Source of the DNA: Thermoguttaceae bacterium
Lineage (GTDB): Bacteria; Planctomycetota; Planctomycetia; Pirellulales; Thermoguttaceae
Length of the DNA: 64,000 bases
Direction of reading: 5' to 3'
NCBI GenBank assembly: GCA_035527455.1
Contig: DATLAN010000080.1
Span: 1,425 to 65,424 of the forward strand
Below are positions 27,578 through 37,208 of this stretch, piece by piece. Position 1 is the first letter of the stretch. Each line of letters begins with the position of its first letter. Made by a program: the position numbers and the translations under genes. The notes below the pieces were generated by a model, which had not been told where the DNA came from, did no database searches, and worked only from the letters and a program-made list of their open reading frames with translations.

Positions 27578-28291
27578 ATGGAGTTATTTCGCTTTATTTG
27601 GGACAACGTGTTCGTAATGGACACGTTTCACGCCTGCCTGGCGTTGGGCCCGGTGGCCGTTTACCTGTTATTGCTCGGCGCGATCAACCTCTCGCGGCGG
27701 CCGTTTCTGGTATCCGGCACCCGCGACGCGACGGCATTGGGGCTGGCCGTTTCGGGTTTCATGATCGTCGGCCCGATGAAGCTCTTCTTTCCCGACGCGG
27801 CCGCGGCCCATTTCGGGCCGTTCGTGTGGCTGTTGCTGCTGGCGTTCTACGGGCTGTGCCTGGTGCTGGTGTTGTTGCTGTTGCGGCCGCGGCTGGTCAT
27901 CTACAACATCTCGGCCGACCAGTTGCGTCCCATCCTGGCCGAACTGGTCGATCAGCTCGACCCCAACGCCCGGTGGGCCGGCGACATGCTGCTGCTGCCG
28001 GGCCTGGGCGTGCAGTTGCACGTCAACGAGCTGGCTTGGATGCGCAACGTATCGCTTTCTTCGGTGGGCGGAGATCAGAACTACCTCGGCTGGCGGCGTT
28101 TGGAGTTGGCGCTTGGGGCCGCGCTGCGCCGCGTGGAATTCGGCCGCAATCCCCGCGGCATCAGCCTCGTCGCGGCCGGAACGCTGATCGCCGCGGCTCT
28201 GGTCTGGGCCGTCGCCCGCGATCCCCAGGCGGTGGCCGACGCGCTGTTCGACATCGGCGAAGCCGTCTGCAACATGTTCCGGCGGGAGTAG
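27578..28291 (+). CDS. Integral membrane protein, function unknown
   Basis: Trimmed from ORF 27476..28291 (the first 34 codons lie in the repeat) to ATG 27578. Has 4-5 hydrophobic segments. Confidence 0.62.
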   Translation: MELFRFIWDNVFVMDTFHACLALGPVAVYLLLLGAINLSRRPFLVSGTRDATALGLAVSGFMIVGPMKLFFPDAAAAHFGPFVWLLLLAFYGLCLVLVLLLLRPRLVIYNISADQLRPILAELVDQLDPNARWAGDMLLLPGLGVQLHVNELAWMRNVSLSSVGGDQNYLGWRRLELALGAALRRVEFGRNPRGISLVAAGTLIAAALVWAVARDPQAVADALFDIGEAVCNMFRRE

Positions 28292-28328
28292 TTGCCGGGG
28301 AATGGCGGGTTCATTCTTGGACTGCCCC

Positions 28329-28646
28329 TCACTTTTTCTGCTCGTCCGGCGGAAGCACGTGGAAAACGATCCGGAACGCACGATGGCCGGCCGCGAGTTG
28401 GTCCGGATAAAGCCGGGCGACTTCCGCTCGCAACTCGTCGGCCGAGTCGAAGCCGTCGGGCCGGGCGTCTTCGTCCGCCAGCGCGTCGAGTTCCACCTCG
28501 TCGACCGCCGCGATTCGGATGTACCCCGCACCCGGGATGTAACTCCGCTGGCCGGCACGCATCTTCCGGTACTTCCACAGGCGGATCGTTTGCGTCTTCT
28601 GACCGCAGCGGATGGCGGGAAGGAACTTTTTCTTGAACAACAACAT
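28329..28646 (-). CDS. ASCH-domain protein
   Basis: Trimmed from ORF 28329..28856 to ATG 28646: MLLFKKKFLPAIRCGQKTQTIRLWK..GYIRIAAVDEVELDAL..DGF. This is the ASCH/PUA-like pattern. Confidence 0.78.
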   Translation of the reverse strand: MLLFKKKFLPAIRCGQKTQTIRLWKYRKMRAGQRSYIPGAGYIRIAAVDEVELDALADEDARPDGFDSADELRAEVARLYPDQLAAGHRAFRIVFHVLPPDEQKK

Positions 28647-28980
28647 GGCCAAAGCGTAACTGCCACGGGGCCTTGGGGTCAAGCCGCCGGAGGTCGGATC
28701 GGGGCCGCGCGTGGGGTCCGGGTTTTGCCGGTCGGGAAAGCCGGAAGGGTGGGGACGATTTTGCGGACCCGTAAAGCGATCGGCCAACCGCCGGGAATTC
28801 TCGCCGCACACGGGCGGCTGAGACGGCCTGTGACGGCTGTTCTGGCTGCCCGACATCGTAGACCGCTCAGACGCCCGATTTCCCTCATTACCGTCCGAAT
28901 AACCGGTCGATCTGCCAAAATGGGAAGTGCCATATTGGAATCGGGCACCGTGACTGGTTGACGGAACGGATCACGGAAGC

Positions 28981-30507
28981 ATGATGGATCGTCTGGGAAA
29001 CGTTCTGCCTCGATGGCAGGTACTACTGCCGCTCGGGCTGGTGTTGGTCGGCCTTCCATGGCTGCTGGGCCAGCGGAATCCACCCCCGCGTGACGAAGCC
29101 CCCTTCACGGCGCCCAACTTTTTTCCCGACGGAACCTCCTTGACGGCGCTTCCTCCGCCCACGCCCGCGGAGCCGGCCCGGCGCGACGCTCGAGAAGGCC
29201 CGCAGCTCTTCTCGCCGCAAGGTACCCTTTCCTTTCCGCAGCCGGCTGAACAGCTTGTGCCCAGGGTCGTTGCGGTGAACCTGGCCAACGTGTTGCCGGC
29301 CGAGGCGAACGCCGATCTGACGCTGCCGGAGCAAGGCGATGGCCCGACGCTGCCGGAACCGGACAACGATCTGACGCCGCCGGAGCCGGATATCCCGCCG
29401 GATCTCACACCGCCCGACGCTCCAATCGTCGACGAACAAGCGCCGGCGTGGGAGTCTCTCGGAACGGACGAGGGGCGTCCGCAGGAAATGCCGCCGCCGA
29501 GCATGTCGCGATTGCCGTCGCCGCCGGCGGTCCCGCGTTCCGAGCCATTGGAGCAGATCGCCCGACAGGCGGACAAGAAGGTCCGCGACGGTTTCGAATT
29601 GGCTGGGCGGAGGGCCTATTTTGCGGCCCGGGCGGAGTTCGTCGGGGCGCTGCGGCTGATCGCGCAGGGATTGGATGCCCAGCGCCGGACGAATGCGCAC
29701 AGCGGGGCGCTGGCCGCCGGATTGACGGCGCTAAGGGAGGCCGAAGACTTCTTCCCCGCCGGCTCGCGACTGGAAGCGGACCTCGACCTTTCGAGCATCA
29801 TCGGCGGCCACCGCACGCCCGTGTTGAGAGACACCCGGACGGAAGATCTCACGCCGATGCTGGCCTTGAGGAGCTATTTCACGTTCGCCCAGGAGCAGCT
29901 CGCCGCTTCCGCCGGGCACGAGGTGGCCGGTTCGATGGCCTTGCACGCGTTGGGAAAGCTGCACGCCACGGTGGCCACCCGGGGCAACTGCGGCGTGCAG
30001 GCCGCCGAGTCCAAGGCGATGACGTTCTACCAGGCGGCCCTGCTGGTCCATCCGCCAAACTACATGGCCTCCAACGACCTCGGTGTCCTGCTGGCCCGTT
30101 GCGGAAACTATCGCGAAGCGGCGACCGCCATGCAGCACAGCCTCTCGATTCACCAGCAGCCGACCGGCTGGCAGAACCTGGCCACCGTGTACGAGCAACT
30201 CGGCCAGACCGAACTGGCCCGGCAGGCGCGGCTGCAATCGACCACGGCAAGTCGCGCGGAAACCTCGAACGGCCAGACGCTTAGGCAGTCGTTGCAGGGC
30301 GACGTCGTTTGGGTCGATCCGGCCACCTTTTCGCAAACCAGCCGAGGATTGATACCCGTTCCCCAGCGGACGCCGGGTCTCTCGGACCCGACTCCGACGG
30401 GCGGGCCCAACCCACCGGAGCAAGCGGCCGAGAACCCCGCCGCGACGACCGGAGGCCCGCTGACCGGATGGCGAATCCCGTGGGAACTGTTTTCGGGGAG
30501 GAAGTGA
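28981..30507 (+). CDS. Pro-rich / TPR-repeat protein, signal-anchored
   Basis: 508-aa ORF with an N-terminal hydrophobic segment, a Pro-rich region with repeated LTPPEPD, and TPR-like helices (AMTFYQAALLVHPPNYMASNDLGVLLARCGNYREAATAMQHSL). Confidence 0.72.
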   Translation: MMDRLGNVLPRWQVLLPLGLVLVGLPWLLGQRNPPPRDEAPFTAPNFFPDGTSLTALPPPTPAEPARRDAREGPQLFSPQGTLSFPQPAEQLVPRVVAVNLANVLPAEANADLTLPEQGDGPTLPEPDNDLTPPEPDIPPDLTPPDAPIVDEQAPAWESLGTDEGRPQEMPPPSMSRLPSPPAVPRSEPLEQIARQADKKVRDGFELAGRRAYFAARAEFVGALRLIAQGLDAQRRTNAHSGALAAGLTALREAEDFFPAGSRLEADLDLSSIIGGHRTPVLRDTRTEDLTPMLALRSYFTFAQEQLAASAGHEVAGSMALHALGKLHATVATRGNCGVQAAESKAMTFYQAALLVHPPNYMASNDLGVLLARCGNYREAATAMQHSLSIHQQPTGWQNLATVYEQLGQTELARQARLQSTTASRAETSNGQTLRQSLQGDVVWVDPATFSQTSRGLIPVPQRTPGLSDPTPTGGPNPPEQAAENPAATTGGPLTGWRIPWELFSGRK

Positions 30508-30508
30508 C

Positions 30509-31765
30509 GTGTCGCGCACAACCGACGCACCGTTGCCCGGCGAGCACCAATGCCCCGGCGAGCACCAATGCCGCGGCGAGCACCGTCGACGTCTTCGGAC
30601 CGGCGGGATCGTGCTGATGGTTTGCGTTGCGGGCGTTTGTGCCTTCGTGGCGATGAGGGCGCCGTCGGACGCCGCGCCGACGTGCCCCGAAGAACCCGAC
30701 AAGATCCGGCTTTGTCAAGCGCTCGGGCCGGCCGCCCCCTGCAACATCTGCGCGGTGGACGGCTCGACGTGCGACCCCGGCCGCGGATGGGAATCGGCCC
30801 GGATGATCGCCTGGCAGGCCTACGCCCAAGGGGAATACGTCGGCCATCACCGTCTGGCCCACGTGCCGCAATATCGGCTCCGCGTGGACGACCAGTTGGA
30901 CCTGGTCTACCGCCTGACGCGCGTCGAGACTTCCACGCCGTACAAGCTGAACGTGGGCGACGAAATTCGGGTGGAGTCGTTCACCGACCCGGCTTTGAAC
31001 CGCGACCTGTTGATTCAGCCCGACGGCACGGTCACGCTGCGTCTGCTGGGCCAGGTCCACGCGACCAGCCGTACCGTTTCGCAACTCCGCGACACGATCG
31101 AGCAACTCTACGAGAAGTACTACAAGGTGCCGGCGATCACGGTCACGCCGCTGAGGGTCAACACCAAGCTGGAAGACCTTCGCGCCACGGTCGACAGCCG
31201 GATGGGCGCGGGCGGCCAACAGCGCCTGGCGACCGTCACGCCCGAGGGCACCGTCTCGCTGCCGGCCATCGGATCGGTCTACGCCCAGGGCTTGACGCTG
31301 AACGAATTGCAGGAAGAAATCAACGAGCGATACCGCGAAGCGGCGGGCATCGAAGGGATCGAAGTCATCCCCGTGCTCGTACAACGGGCGCCGCGGTTCG
31401 TCTACGTGCTGGGCGAAGTCGCGGTCTCGGGACGTTTCGAGCTGACCGGTCCGACCACGGTCCTTCAGGCGCTGGCGATGGCCGGAAGCTGGAACGTAGG
31501 GGCAAACCTCGAACAGGTCGTCATCTTCCGCCGCGGGGACGATTGGCGGCTGATGGCCACGATGGTCGACCTTCACGCCGCGTTGCACGGCAAACAGCCC
31601 TGCCCGCCGGGCGAGATCTGGCTGAACGACTCCGACGTCATCATCGTGCCGAAGAGCCGCATCGAAGTCACGGGCGATTTCATCGAACAGGTCTTCACGC
31701 GCGGGATCTACGGCGTGTTTCCCTTCAGCAGCTCGGTCAACTTCGCGAAGCTCGGTTCGCTCTGA
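30509..31765 (+). CDS. Polysaccharide export protein (Wza-like: Poly_export + SLBB domains)
   Basis: YRLRVDDQLDLVY..NRDLLIQPDGTVTLRLLGQVHATSRTVSQLRDTIEQLY and two SLBB-like segments (FVYVLGEVAVSGRFEL). The GTG start overlaps the upstream stop; alternative in-frame start at ATG 30617. Confidence 0.86.
   Translation: MSRTTDAPLPGEHQCPGEHQCRGEHRRRLRTGGIVLMVCVAGVCAFVAMRAPSDAAPTCPEEPDKIRLCQALGPAAPCNICAVDGSTCDPGRGWESARMIAWQAYAQGEYVGHHRLAHVPQYRLRVDDQLDLVYRLTRVETSTPYKLNVGDEIRVESFTDPALNRDLLIQPDGTVTLRLLGQVHATSRTVSQLRDTIEQLYEKYYKVPAITVTPLRVNTKLEDLRATVDSRMGAGGQQRLATVTPEGTVSLPAIGSVYAQGLTLNELQEEINERYREAAGIEGIEVIPVLVQRAPRFVYVLGEVAVSGRFELTGPTTVLQALAMAGSWNVGANLEQVVIFRRGDDWRLMATMVDLHAALHGKQPCPPGEIWLNDSDVIIVPKSRIEVTGDFIEQVFTRGIYGVFPFSSSVNFAKLGSL
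30536..30584 (+). repeat. 18-bp tandem repeat x2.7 at the 5' end of the export gene (encodes PGEHQC PGEHQC RGEH)
   Basis: CCCGGCGAGCACCAATGC is repeated at 30536..30553 and 30554..30571, with a diverged third unit. Confidence 0.9.
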
Positions 31766-31807
31766 GCGCCGGAACGGTTGGAGAAGGAAGCGAGTTGGTC
31801 GAGTTGG

Positions 31808-32560
31808 TCATTCGAACCCCTTGAGAAAATCATCCAGTGCCTCATCTTCCACCGGTGCGCTTTCGTCCGTGGCAGGGATGATGGGGGACGGAAAGCCGGT
31901 TGGGGCGTCTGATTTCTCCGGCGACGGCTTTCCTTTCACCATTGTCTCGTCCGCCGGCGGTTCGGCGGCGGTACTCTCGGCCGCCGGTTGCTCGGCGGTT
32001 GGCGAGGAAGGTGGGGGCGGCGTGGGCTCCGGTTCCTCTTCCTCTTCTTCAACGTCGCCCCCGAAACCGGCCGTCCACGGACCGATCGGCTCGTTCTCGG
32101 GGTCCGACCAGGCGGACGACTCCGGCAACGACTCGTCGGTCGCTTCCTCGGCGGTCTGGGGATGATACGGCGTGACCCCATCCAGCGCGTTGGAATCGAA
32201 GAACACGGGCGTGGAGTGCGGGGCCACCGGCTCGACCGTCTTCTCCGCCAGCACCGCGTCGAGATCGCCGTCGTACTGATAGTCGGCGCGGAACGTAACC
32301 GGTCCGACGGTGAACCGTTCCTCGGGCGGGAGCGGCGCCTCTTCAACCTTCCGACCGCCGACGACCGTCCCATTGAGCGACCCCAGATCACGAATCATCA
32401 ACAGCCCGTCGCTCTCGAACAACTCGCAGTGCTTGCGACTGATCATCGGATGGGCCACCGTCAGATCCACCCGCTTGCTGCGGCCGATGACGGTGGGCAA
32501 TTTCAATCGGATCGCCCGGTTGTCGGCCCTGCCGCCGACGACAATCAGTTTTGCGTCCAT
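31808..32560 (-). CDS. FHA-domain protein with acidic Pro-rich tail
   Basis: Trimmed from ORF 31808..33157 to ATG 32560: MDAKLIVVGG..VIGRSKRVDLTVAHPMISRKHCELFESDGLLMIRDLGSLNGTVV (FHA signature). Confidence 0.85.
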   Translation of the reverse strand: MDAKLIVVGGRADNRAIRLKLPTVIGRSKRVDLTVAHPMISRKHCELFESDGLLMIRDLGSLNGTVVGGRKVEEAPLPPEERFTVGPVTFRADYQYDGDLDAVLAEKTVEPVAPHSTPVFFDSNALDGVTPYHPQTAEEATDESLPESSAWSDPENEPIGPWTAGFGGDVEEEEEEPEPTPPPPSSPTAEQPAAESTAAEPPADETMVKGKPSPEKSDAPTGFPSPIIPATDESAPVEDEALDDFLKGFE

Positions 32561-32868
32561 GGGGGTTCTTGGTTCCGGCTGGCGAGCAATCTGCCGTGGT
32601 CGCCGGCAGCCTGGCGGCGGGATGTAAGGGAGGAACGACCGCAAGTGATCAGAATTCATAATAGTCAAAGAAGGGGCCCATCGCAATAGGCGAGCGCAAT
32701 AGGAAAGAAGGGTTGCCCTGGAGAATTTGGTGATATGGGGTAGAGCGGTAATATCTACGGCGACTCCGCGGGCCTTCCTGGCACCGCTACAAACCGGCAT
32801 TCCACTCGAAAGTGGGGCTGTTGGCCTCGAAACACCGACCCACTTGACCGTTCTGCGGCCAATTGGCC

Positions 32869-32896
32869 TTGAAAGTGGTGCTTGCGGACCTATAAT
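32869..32896 (+). promoter_or_regulatory. Near-consensus sigma-70 promoter upstream of tRNA-Gly/tig/clpP
   Basis: TTGAAA (32869..32874), 16-nt spacer, TATAAT (32891..32896), ~90 nt upstream of the tRNA. Confidence 0.6.
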
Positions 32897-32986
32897 TCGG
32901 TGTTTTGGTCCTGCCGGAGTTGCGCAAGTTCGTACGACGCCGAAAGGGGCCGGTGCCGCCTGTCCGAACGTAGCGGCGGTTGACGT

Positions 32987-33059
32987 GCGGGTGTAGCTCA
33001 GTTGGTAGAGCACGACGTTGCCAACGTCGTTGTCGTGGGTTCGAATCCCATCACCCGCT
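32987..33059 (+). tRNA. tRNA-Gly (anticodon GCC)
   Basis: Cloverleaf folded by hand: acceptor GCGGGTG/CACCCGC, D arm GCTC-AGTTGGTA-GAGC, anticodon arm CGACG-TTGCCAA-CGTCG, T arm with GGGTTCGAATCCC, discriminator T. No encoded CCA. Confidence 0.93.
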
Positions 33060-33162
33060 CTTCGACGGTTTCCGCGCAAGTGACATCGTGCCGGCAGTCT
33101 TTTCCGGCAACGAGGTGGGACCGGGGAACGGAAGTTGCAGATTTCACGCGGTGGCAAGAAAA

Positions 33163-34752
33163 ATGACCGACATGGAAAACCTTGATTCTGACGACGCGTT
33201 GGAGACTCCCGGGCAAACGGCCGACGAGCAAGACCCCGGCGAAATCGACGAGACGGTTGGCGTCGACGAGACGGCGGAAGCGGATGCCGTCGAAGAGGAG
33301 GAGCAAGCCGAGCGGCTGGACCTGGACGTTCAGATCGAGAAGCGCAGTGCGTGCGAGCGTCACATCATGGTGACGGTTCCTCGCGACGACGTCGACCGCT
33401 ACTTCGACAAGCAGTTCAGCGAGTTGATGCCGGAGGCGCAGGTTCCCGGTTTTCGGCCGGGCCACGCCCCGCGAAAGCTGATCGAGCGGCGGTTCCGCAA
33501 GGACGTAACGGAGAAGATCAAGGGCGAACTGTTGATGGACAGCCTGGCGCAGCTCAGCGAGGACAAAGACCTTTCGGCAATCAGCGAGCCGGAGATCGAG
33601 CTGGATTCGGTCGAGATCCCCGACGAGGGACCGTTCACCTTCGAGTTCGACCTCGAGGTGCGTCCCGAGTTCGATTTGCCCAAGTGGAAGGGTCTGATGA
33701 TCGAGAAGCCGATTCGCGAGATCAGCCCCGAGGACGTGGACCGAGGTCTGGAACGAGTGTTGGCCAATCGCGGTCGGCTGGTACCCCACGACGGTCCGGC
33801 CGAAGCGGGCGATTACATCACGGCCAACCTGACCTTCAAGCACGGCGACGAGGTGCTCGCCAGCGCCGAGGAGGAAGTCATTCGCATCCGGTCGGTGCTC
33901 AGCTTCCGCGACGGCAAGATCGAGGGATTCGACAAGTTGATGGACGGCGTGACGGCGGGCGAAACCCGCGAGGGCCAGGCGGAACTGACCGAGGATACTC
34001 CCAACGCGGCGCTTAGGGGTCAGCGGATCACGGCCGCGTTCGAAGTCCTGGAAGTGAAAAAACTCGAATTGCCGGAGCTGGACGAGGACTTCCTCGACGA
34101 GTTGGGCGGCTTCGAACTCGAGGCCGATCTCCGCGACGCGATCAAGGACCAGCTCAAACGCCAATTGGAGTACGAGCAGCACCAGCGTGCCCGGGAGCAG
34201 ATCACCGCCGCGTTGACCGTGGCCGCCGATTGGGAGTTGCCGCCGGACTTGCTGGAGCGTCAGAGTCACCGCGAGTTGGAGCGGGCAATGATGGAACTGC
34301 GTCGCAGCGGCTTCAGCGAGGGCGAGATTCGCGCCCACGAGAACCGGCTCCGCCAGAACAGCCGCGTGTCGACGGCCCGGGCTTTGAAGGAGCATTTCAT
34401 CCTCGAGCGGATCGCGGAAGAGGAAGAGGTCGAGGCGGACGACGACGATTATCAGAACGAGATCAACCTGATTGCGGCACAGAGCAACGAAGCGCCGCGC
34501 CGGGTGCGGGCACGGATGGAGAAGGGCGGCATGATGGACGTGCTGCGGAACCAGATCGTCGAACGCAAGGTGATCGAGTTGATCCTGGCCGAGGCCCGAT
34601 TCCACGAAGTGCCCTTCGCGTTCGCCACCGCCGACGCGGAGGCTCTCGATCACACGGCCGGCGGCCGGACGTCGGATATCCCCCGGGCCCAGCGGGAAAG
34701 CGGTCTGCCGGCCGAAGGCGGCAGACCGGCGGAAGCACCGATTAGGGAATAG
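33163..34752 (+). CDS. tig: Trigger factor with acidic N-terminal extension
   Basis: Trimmed from ORF 32980..34752 (its 5' part reads through the tRNA) to ATG 33163. Contains [16 protein letters not shown] (ribosome-binding loop motif) and an FKBP-like middle. It is located just upstream of clpP. Confidence 0.92.
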   Translation: MTDMENLDSDDALETPGQTADEQDPGEIDETVGVDETAEADAVEEEEQAERLDLDVQIEKRSACERHIMVTVPRDDVDRYFDKQFSELMPEAQVPGFRPGHAPRKLIERRFRKDVTEKIKGELLMDSLAQLSEDKDLSAISEPEIELDSVEIPDEGPFTFEFDLEVRPEFDLPKWKGLMIEKPIREISPEDVDRGLERVLANRGRLVPHDGPAEAGDYITANLTFKHGDEVLASAEEEVIRIRSVLSFRDGKIEGFDKLMDGVTAGETREGQAELTEDTPNAALRGQRITAAFEVLEVKKLELPELDEDFLDELGGFELEADLRDAIKDQLKRQLEYEQHQRAREQITAALTVAADWELPPDLLERQSHRELERAMMELRRSGFSEGEIRAHENRLRQNSRVSTARALKEHFILERIAEEEEVEADDDDYQNEINLIAAQSNEAPRRVRARMEKGGMMDVLRNQIVERKVIELILAEARFHEVPFAFATADAEALDHTAGGRTSDIPRAQRESGLPAEGGRPAEAPIRE

Positions 34753-34759
34753 AGATTTC

Positions 34760-35392
34760 ATGAGCAAAACGCATCGGCCGGAACGATTCGATCCGACGGC
34801 GGCTTATCGCGACTATCAGCGGCAGCGTCAAATGACGTTGGGCGATCTGTTGCTGGAAAACAGGATTATCCTCTTGCAGGGAGAGATCCACGACGGCAAC
34901 GCCAACGAGTTGGTGATGAAGCTGCTGTACCTGCAGAGCGAGAACCGGCGCAAGGACATCCACTTCTACATCAATTCGCCCGGCGGCAGCGTCACGGCCA
35001 CCATGGCCATTTACGACACCGTGCAGATCCTCAGTTGTCCGGTGGCCACGTACTGCGTGGGCCTGGCCGCCAGCGGCGGCGCCGTACTCCTGGCCGGCGG
35101 AACCAAGGGAAAACGCATGGCACTGCCGCACGCGAAGGTGATGATCCACCAGCCTTACGGGCACATCGGCGGCCAGATCTCCGACATCGAAATCCAGGCC
35201 AACGAGATCGTCAAGACCCGCGAAGTGCTCAACGTGATCCTCGCCGAACACACCGGGCAGCCCATCGAACGCATCGCCAAAGACACCGACCGCGATTTCT
35301 ATATGAACGCCGAAGAGGCCAAAGCGTATGGCGTGGTCGACGGTATCCTCACTCGCCAACTCCGCGAGAAAGAGGAAAAAGAGGAGGACTAG
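34760..35392 (+). CDS. clpP: ATP-dependent Clp protease proteolytic subunit (paralog 1)
   Basis: [24 protein letters not shown] (Ser), MIHQP (His) and DTDRDFYM (Asp region). Confidence 0.92.
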   Translation: MSKTHRPERFDPTAAYRDYQRQRQMTLGDLLLENRIILLQGEIHDGNANELVMKLLYLQSENRRKDIHFYINSPGGSVTATMAIYDTVQILSCPVATYCVGLAASGGAVLLAGGTKGKRMALPHAKVMIHQPYGHIGGQISDIEIQANEIVKTREVLNVILAEHTGQPIERIAKDTDRDFYMNAEEAKAYGVVDGILTRQLREKEEKEED

Positions 35393-35397
35393 GCCGG

Positions 35398-35991
35398 ATG
35401 ACATTGATTCCCTACGTGATCTCGAAGAGTGGCCGCGAAGAGCGGGCGATGGACATCTACAGTCGCCTGCTGAAGGATCGGATCGTCTTCCTCGGCTCGC
35501 AGGTCAATGACGACGCGGCCAACGCGGTCGTCGCCCAACTGCTCTTCCTCCAGTCGGAAGACGCCAAGAAGGACGTCCACCTGTACATCAATTCGCCCGG
35601 CGGCAGCATCACCGCCGGACTGGCCATCTACGACACCATGCAGTTCATCAACTGCGACGTGGCCACCTACTGCGTCGGCCAGTGCGCTTCGATGGGCGCC
35701 GTGTTGCTGACCGCCGGAACGAAAGGGAAACGCAAGGCCCTGCCCAACTCCCGCATCATGATCCATCAGCCCTTGGCCGGCATGGAAGGCTCGGCCGAAG
35801 ACATCATGATCCACGCCAAGGAATTCACCAAAGTCAAGGAACGGCTCAACAAGATCCTCATCAAGCACACCGGACATCCCCTGGAGAAAATCGAAAAGGA
35901 CACCGACCGCGACCGGTTCATGACGGCCGAGGAAGCGCTCGATTACGGACTGATCGACGAGGTGATCGAACACGTGCCGGAGAGCGAGTAG
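35398..35991 (+). CDS. clpP: ATP-dependent Clp protease proteolytic subunit (paralog 2)
   Basis: Trimmed from ORF 35035..35991 to ATG 35398. Contains [49 protein letters not shown] and [20 protein letters not shown]. Confidence 0.95.
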   Translation: MTLIPYVISKSGREERAMDIYSRLLKDRIVFLGSQVNDDAANAVVAQLLFLQSEDAKKDVHLYINSPGGSITAGLAIYDTMQFINCDVATYCVGQCASMGAVLLTAGTKGKRKALPNSRIMIHQPLAGMEGSAEDIMIHAKEFTKVKERLNKILIKHTGHPLEKIEKDTDRDRFMTAEEALDYGLIDEVIEHVPESE

Positions 35992-36045
35992 GAATCGCCG
36001 GCCGTAGCGACTTTTCGTATTTCTCTTTGGTCTTTTCGCTTCGTA

Positions 36046-36105
36046 CTTGTCATCGCTTGTCATCGCTTGTCATCGCTTGTCACCGCTTGTCATCGCTTGT
36101 CAACG
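36046..36105. repeat. 10-bp tandem array (CTTGTCATCG)x6
   Basis: Read directly. It shares the TTGTCA core with the heptamer arrays and lies 52 nt upstream of ATG 36157. Confidence 0.95.
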
Positions 36106-36156
36106 GCGGGAGAGGGAACTTTCTTCCCCGCCGCTGTAACCTTGCGCGAGGTCCAA

Positions 36157-37110
36157 ATGAAAACGTGGCAATTGCTCATCCCCGCAACGGTGTGCGTGAT
36201 CGTTGCCGGGTGTCGTGCCGATCCGGGAATCGCTCAACTGGAACGGGCGAATCTCCTGCTCGAAGACGAGATCTATCGGCTTCGGTGGGAGCTGGAAGAC
36301 TGCCAGACGGCCAACGGATCAAGCGTCTCGCGCGACGAGACCTGGTCCTTGCCGTCGGAACCGGCCGACGAGGCGGCACCCGACGACGGCGATGCTTGGA
36401 GCGAATCGCCACGCTATTCGGCGCCGCCGTTGCGACTCGAAGGATCGCTCGAGGAGGTCTCGCCCGGCGAGGCCCTCGACTACCTCCGCGGCCGCCGCGC
36501 GACGGAACCGCCCGTGCCGACCCCCCACGAGTCGTTCGACGGTCCCGATCTGCCCGGTCCCCACAGCGCGCCCGACGACTCCGGCGGCTGGGAAACGGCG
36601 CCGCCGAAACCGGCGATCCTCGGCGACAGCCGGCAGGTCGCCCAAATCGTTCTGGATCAGGAACGGATCCGAGGCTACGGCGCGCCCGGACAGTTGCGGG
36701 ACGAGGGAATGATCGTCGTCGTCGAACCTTTCGACGCTACGGGTCTGCCGCTGGACGTGCCGGGCGACGTTTCCGTGGTCGTGCTCGATCCGGCGCTGGA
36801 AGGCGAGGCCGCGCGAGTTGCCCGGTGGGAGTTCTCCGCCACCGAGACGGCCGACTGGATCCGCCGCGGCAAGCCGGGAATCGAACTGACCTTGCCCTGG
36901 CCCGACGGCTCGCCGACACACGCCGATCTGCACCTGTTCGTTCGCTACGTCACCGCGGACGGACGGAAGTTGGAGATCGACTCACCAATCCGCGTGGCCT
37001 CGTTCCTCCCCGGCGTGCCGAGCCGTCACTATGCGGAGTCCCCTCAGCCCCCCGCCGAACAGCCACCCCGCATCGCCCGGCCCACCTGGACGCCCGACCG
37101 ACGACGATGA
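36157..37110 (+). CDS. Lipoprotein, function unknown
   Basis: Trimmed from ORF 36067..37110 to ATG 36157. MKTWQLLIPATVCVIVAGC is a lipobox. A coiled-coil stretch and Pro/Asp-rich regions follow. Confidence 0.68.
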   Translation: MKTWQLLIPATVCVIVAGCRADPGIAQLERANLLLEDEIYRLRWELEDCQTANGSSVSRDETWSLPSEPADEAAPDDGDAWSESPRYSAPPLRLEGSLEEVSPGEALDYLRGRRATEPPVPTPHESFDGPDLPGPHSAPDDSGGWETAPPKPAILGDSRQVAQIVLDQERIRGYGAPGQLRDEGMIVVVEPFDATGLPLDVPGDVSVVVLDPALEGEAARVARWEFSATETADWIRRGKPGIELTLPWPDGSPTHADLHLFVRYVTADGRKLEIDSPIRVASFLPGVPSRHYAESPQPPAEQPPRIARPTWTPDRRR

Positions 37111-37151
37111 GGGCTCCCGGCGAGCCGAACGCCGTCCACGATGACCGGTAA

Positions 37152-37207
37152 CTGAAGACTGACAACTGACAACTGACAACTAACAACTGACAACTGACAA
37201 CTGTTGA
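37152..37207. repeat. Heptamer tandem array (CTGACAA)x8 (variants CTGAAGA, CTAACAA)
   Basis: Read directly; abuts the purD stop codon (37209..37211). Confidence 0.95.
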
Positions 37208-37208
37208 C

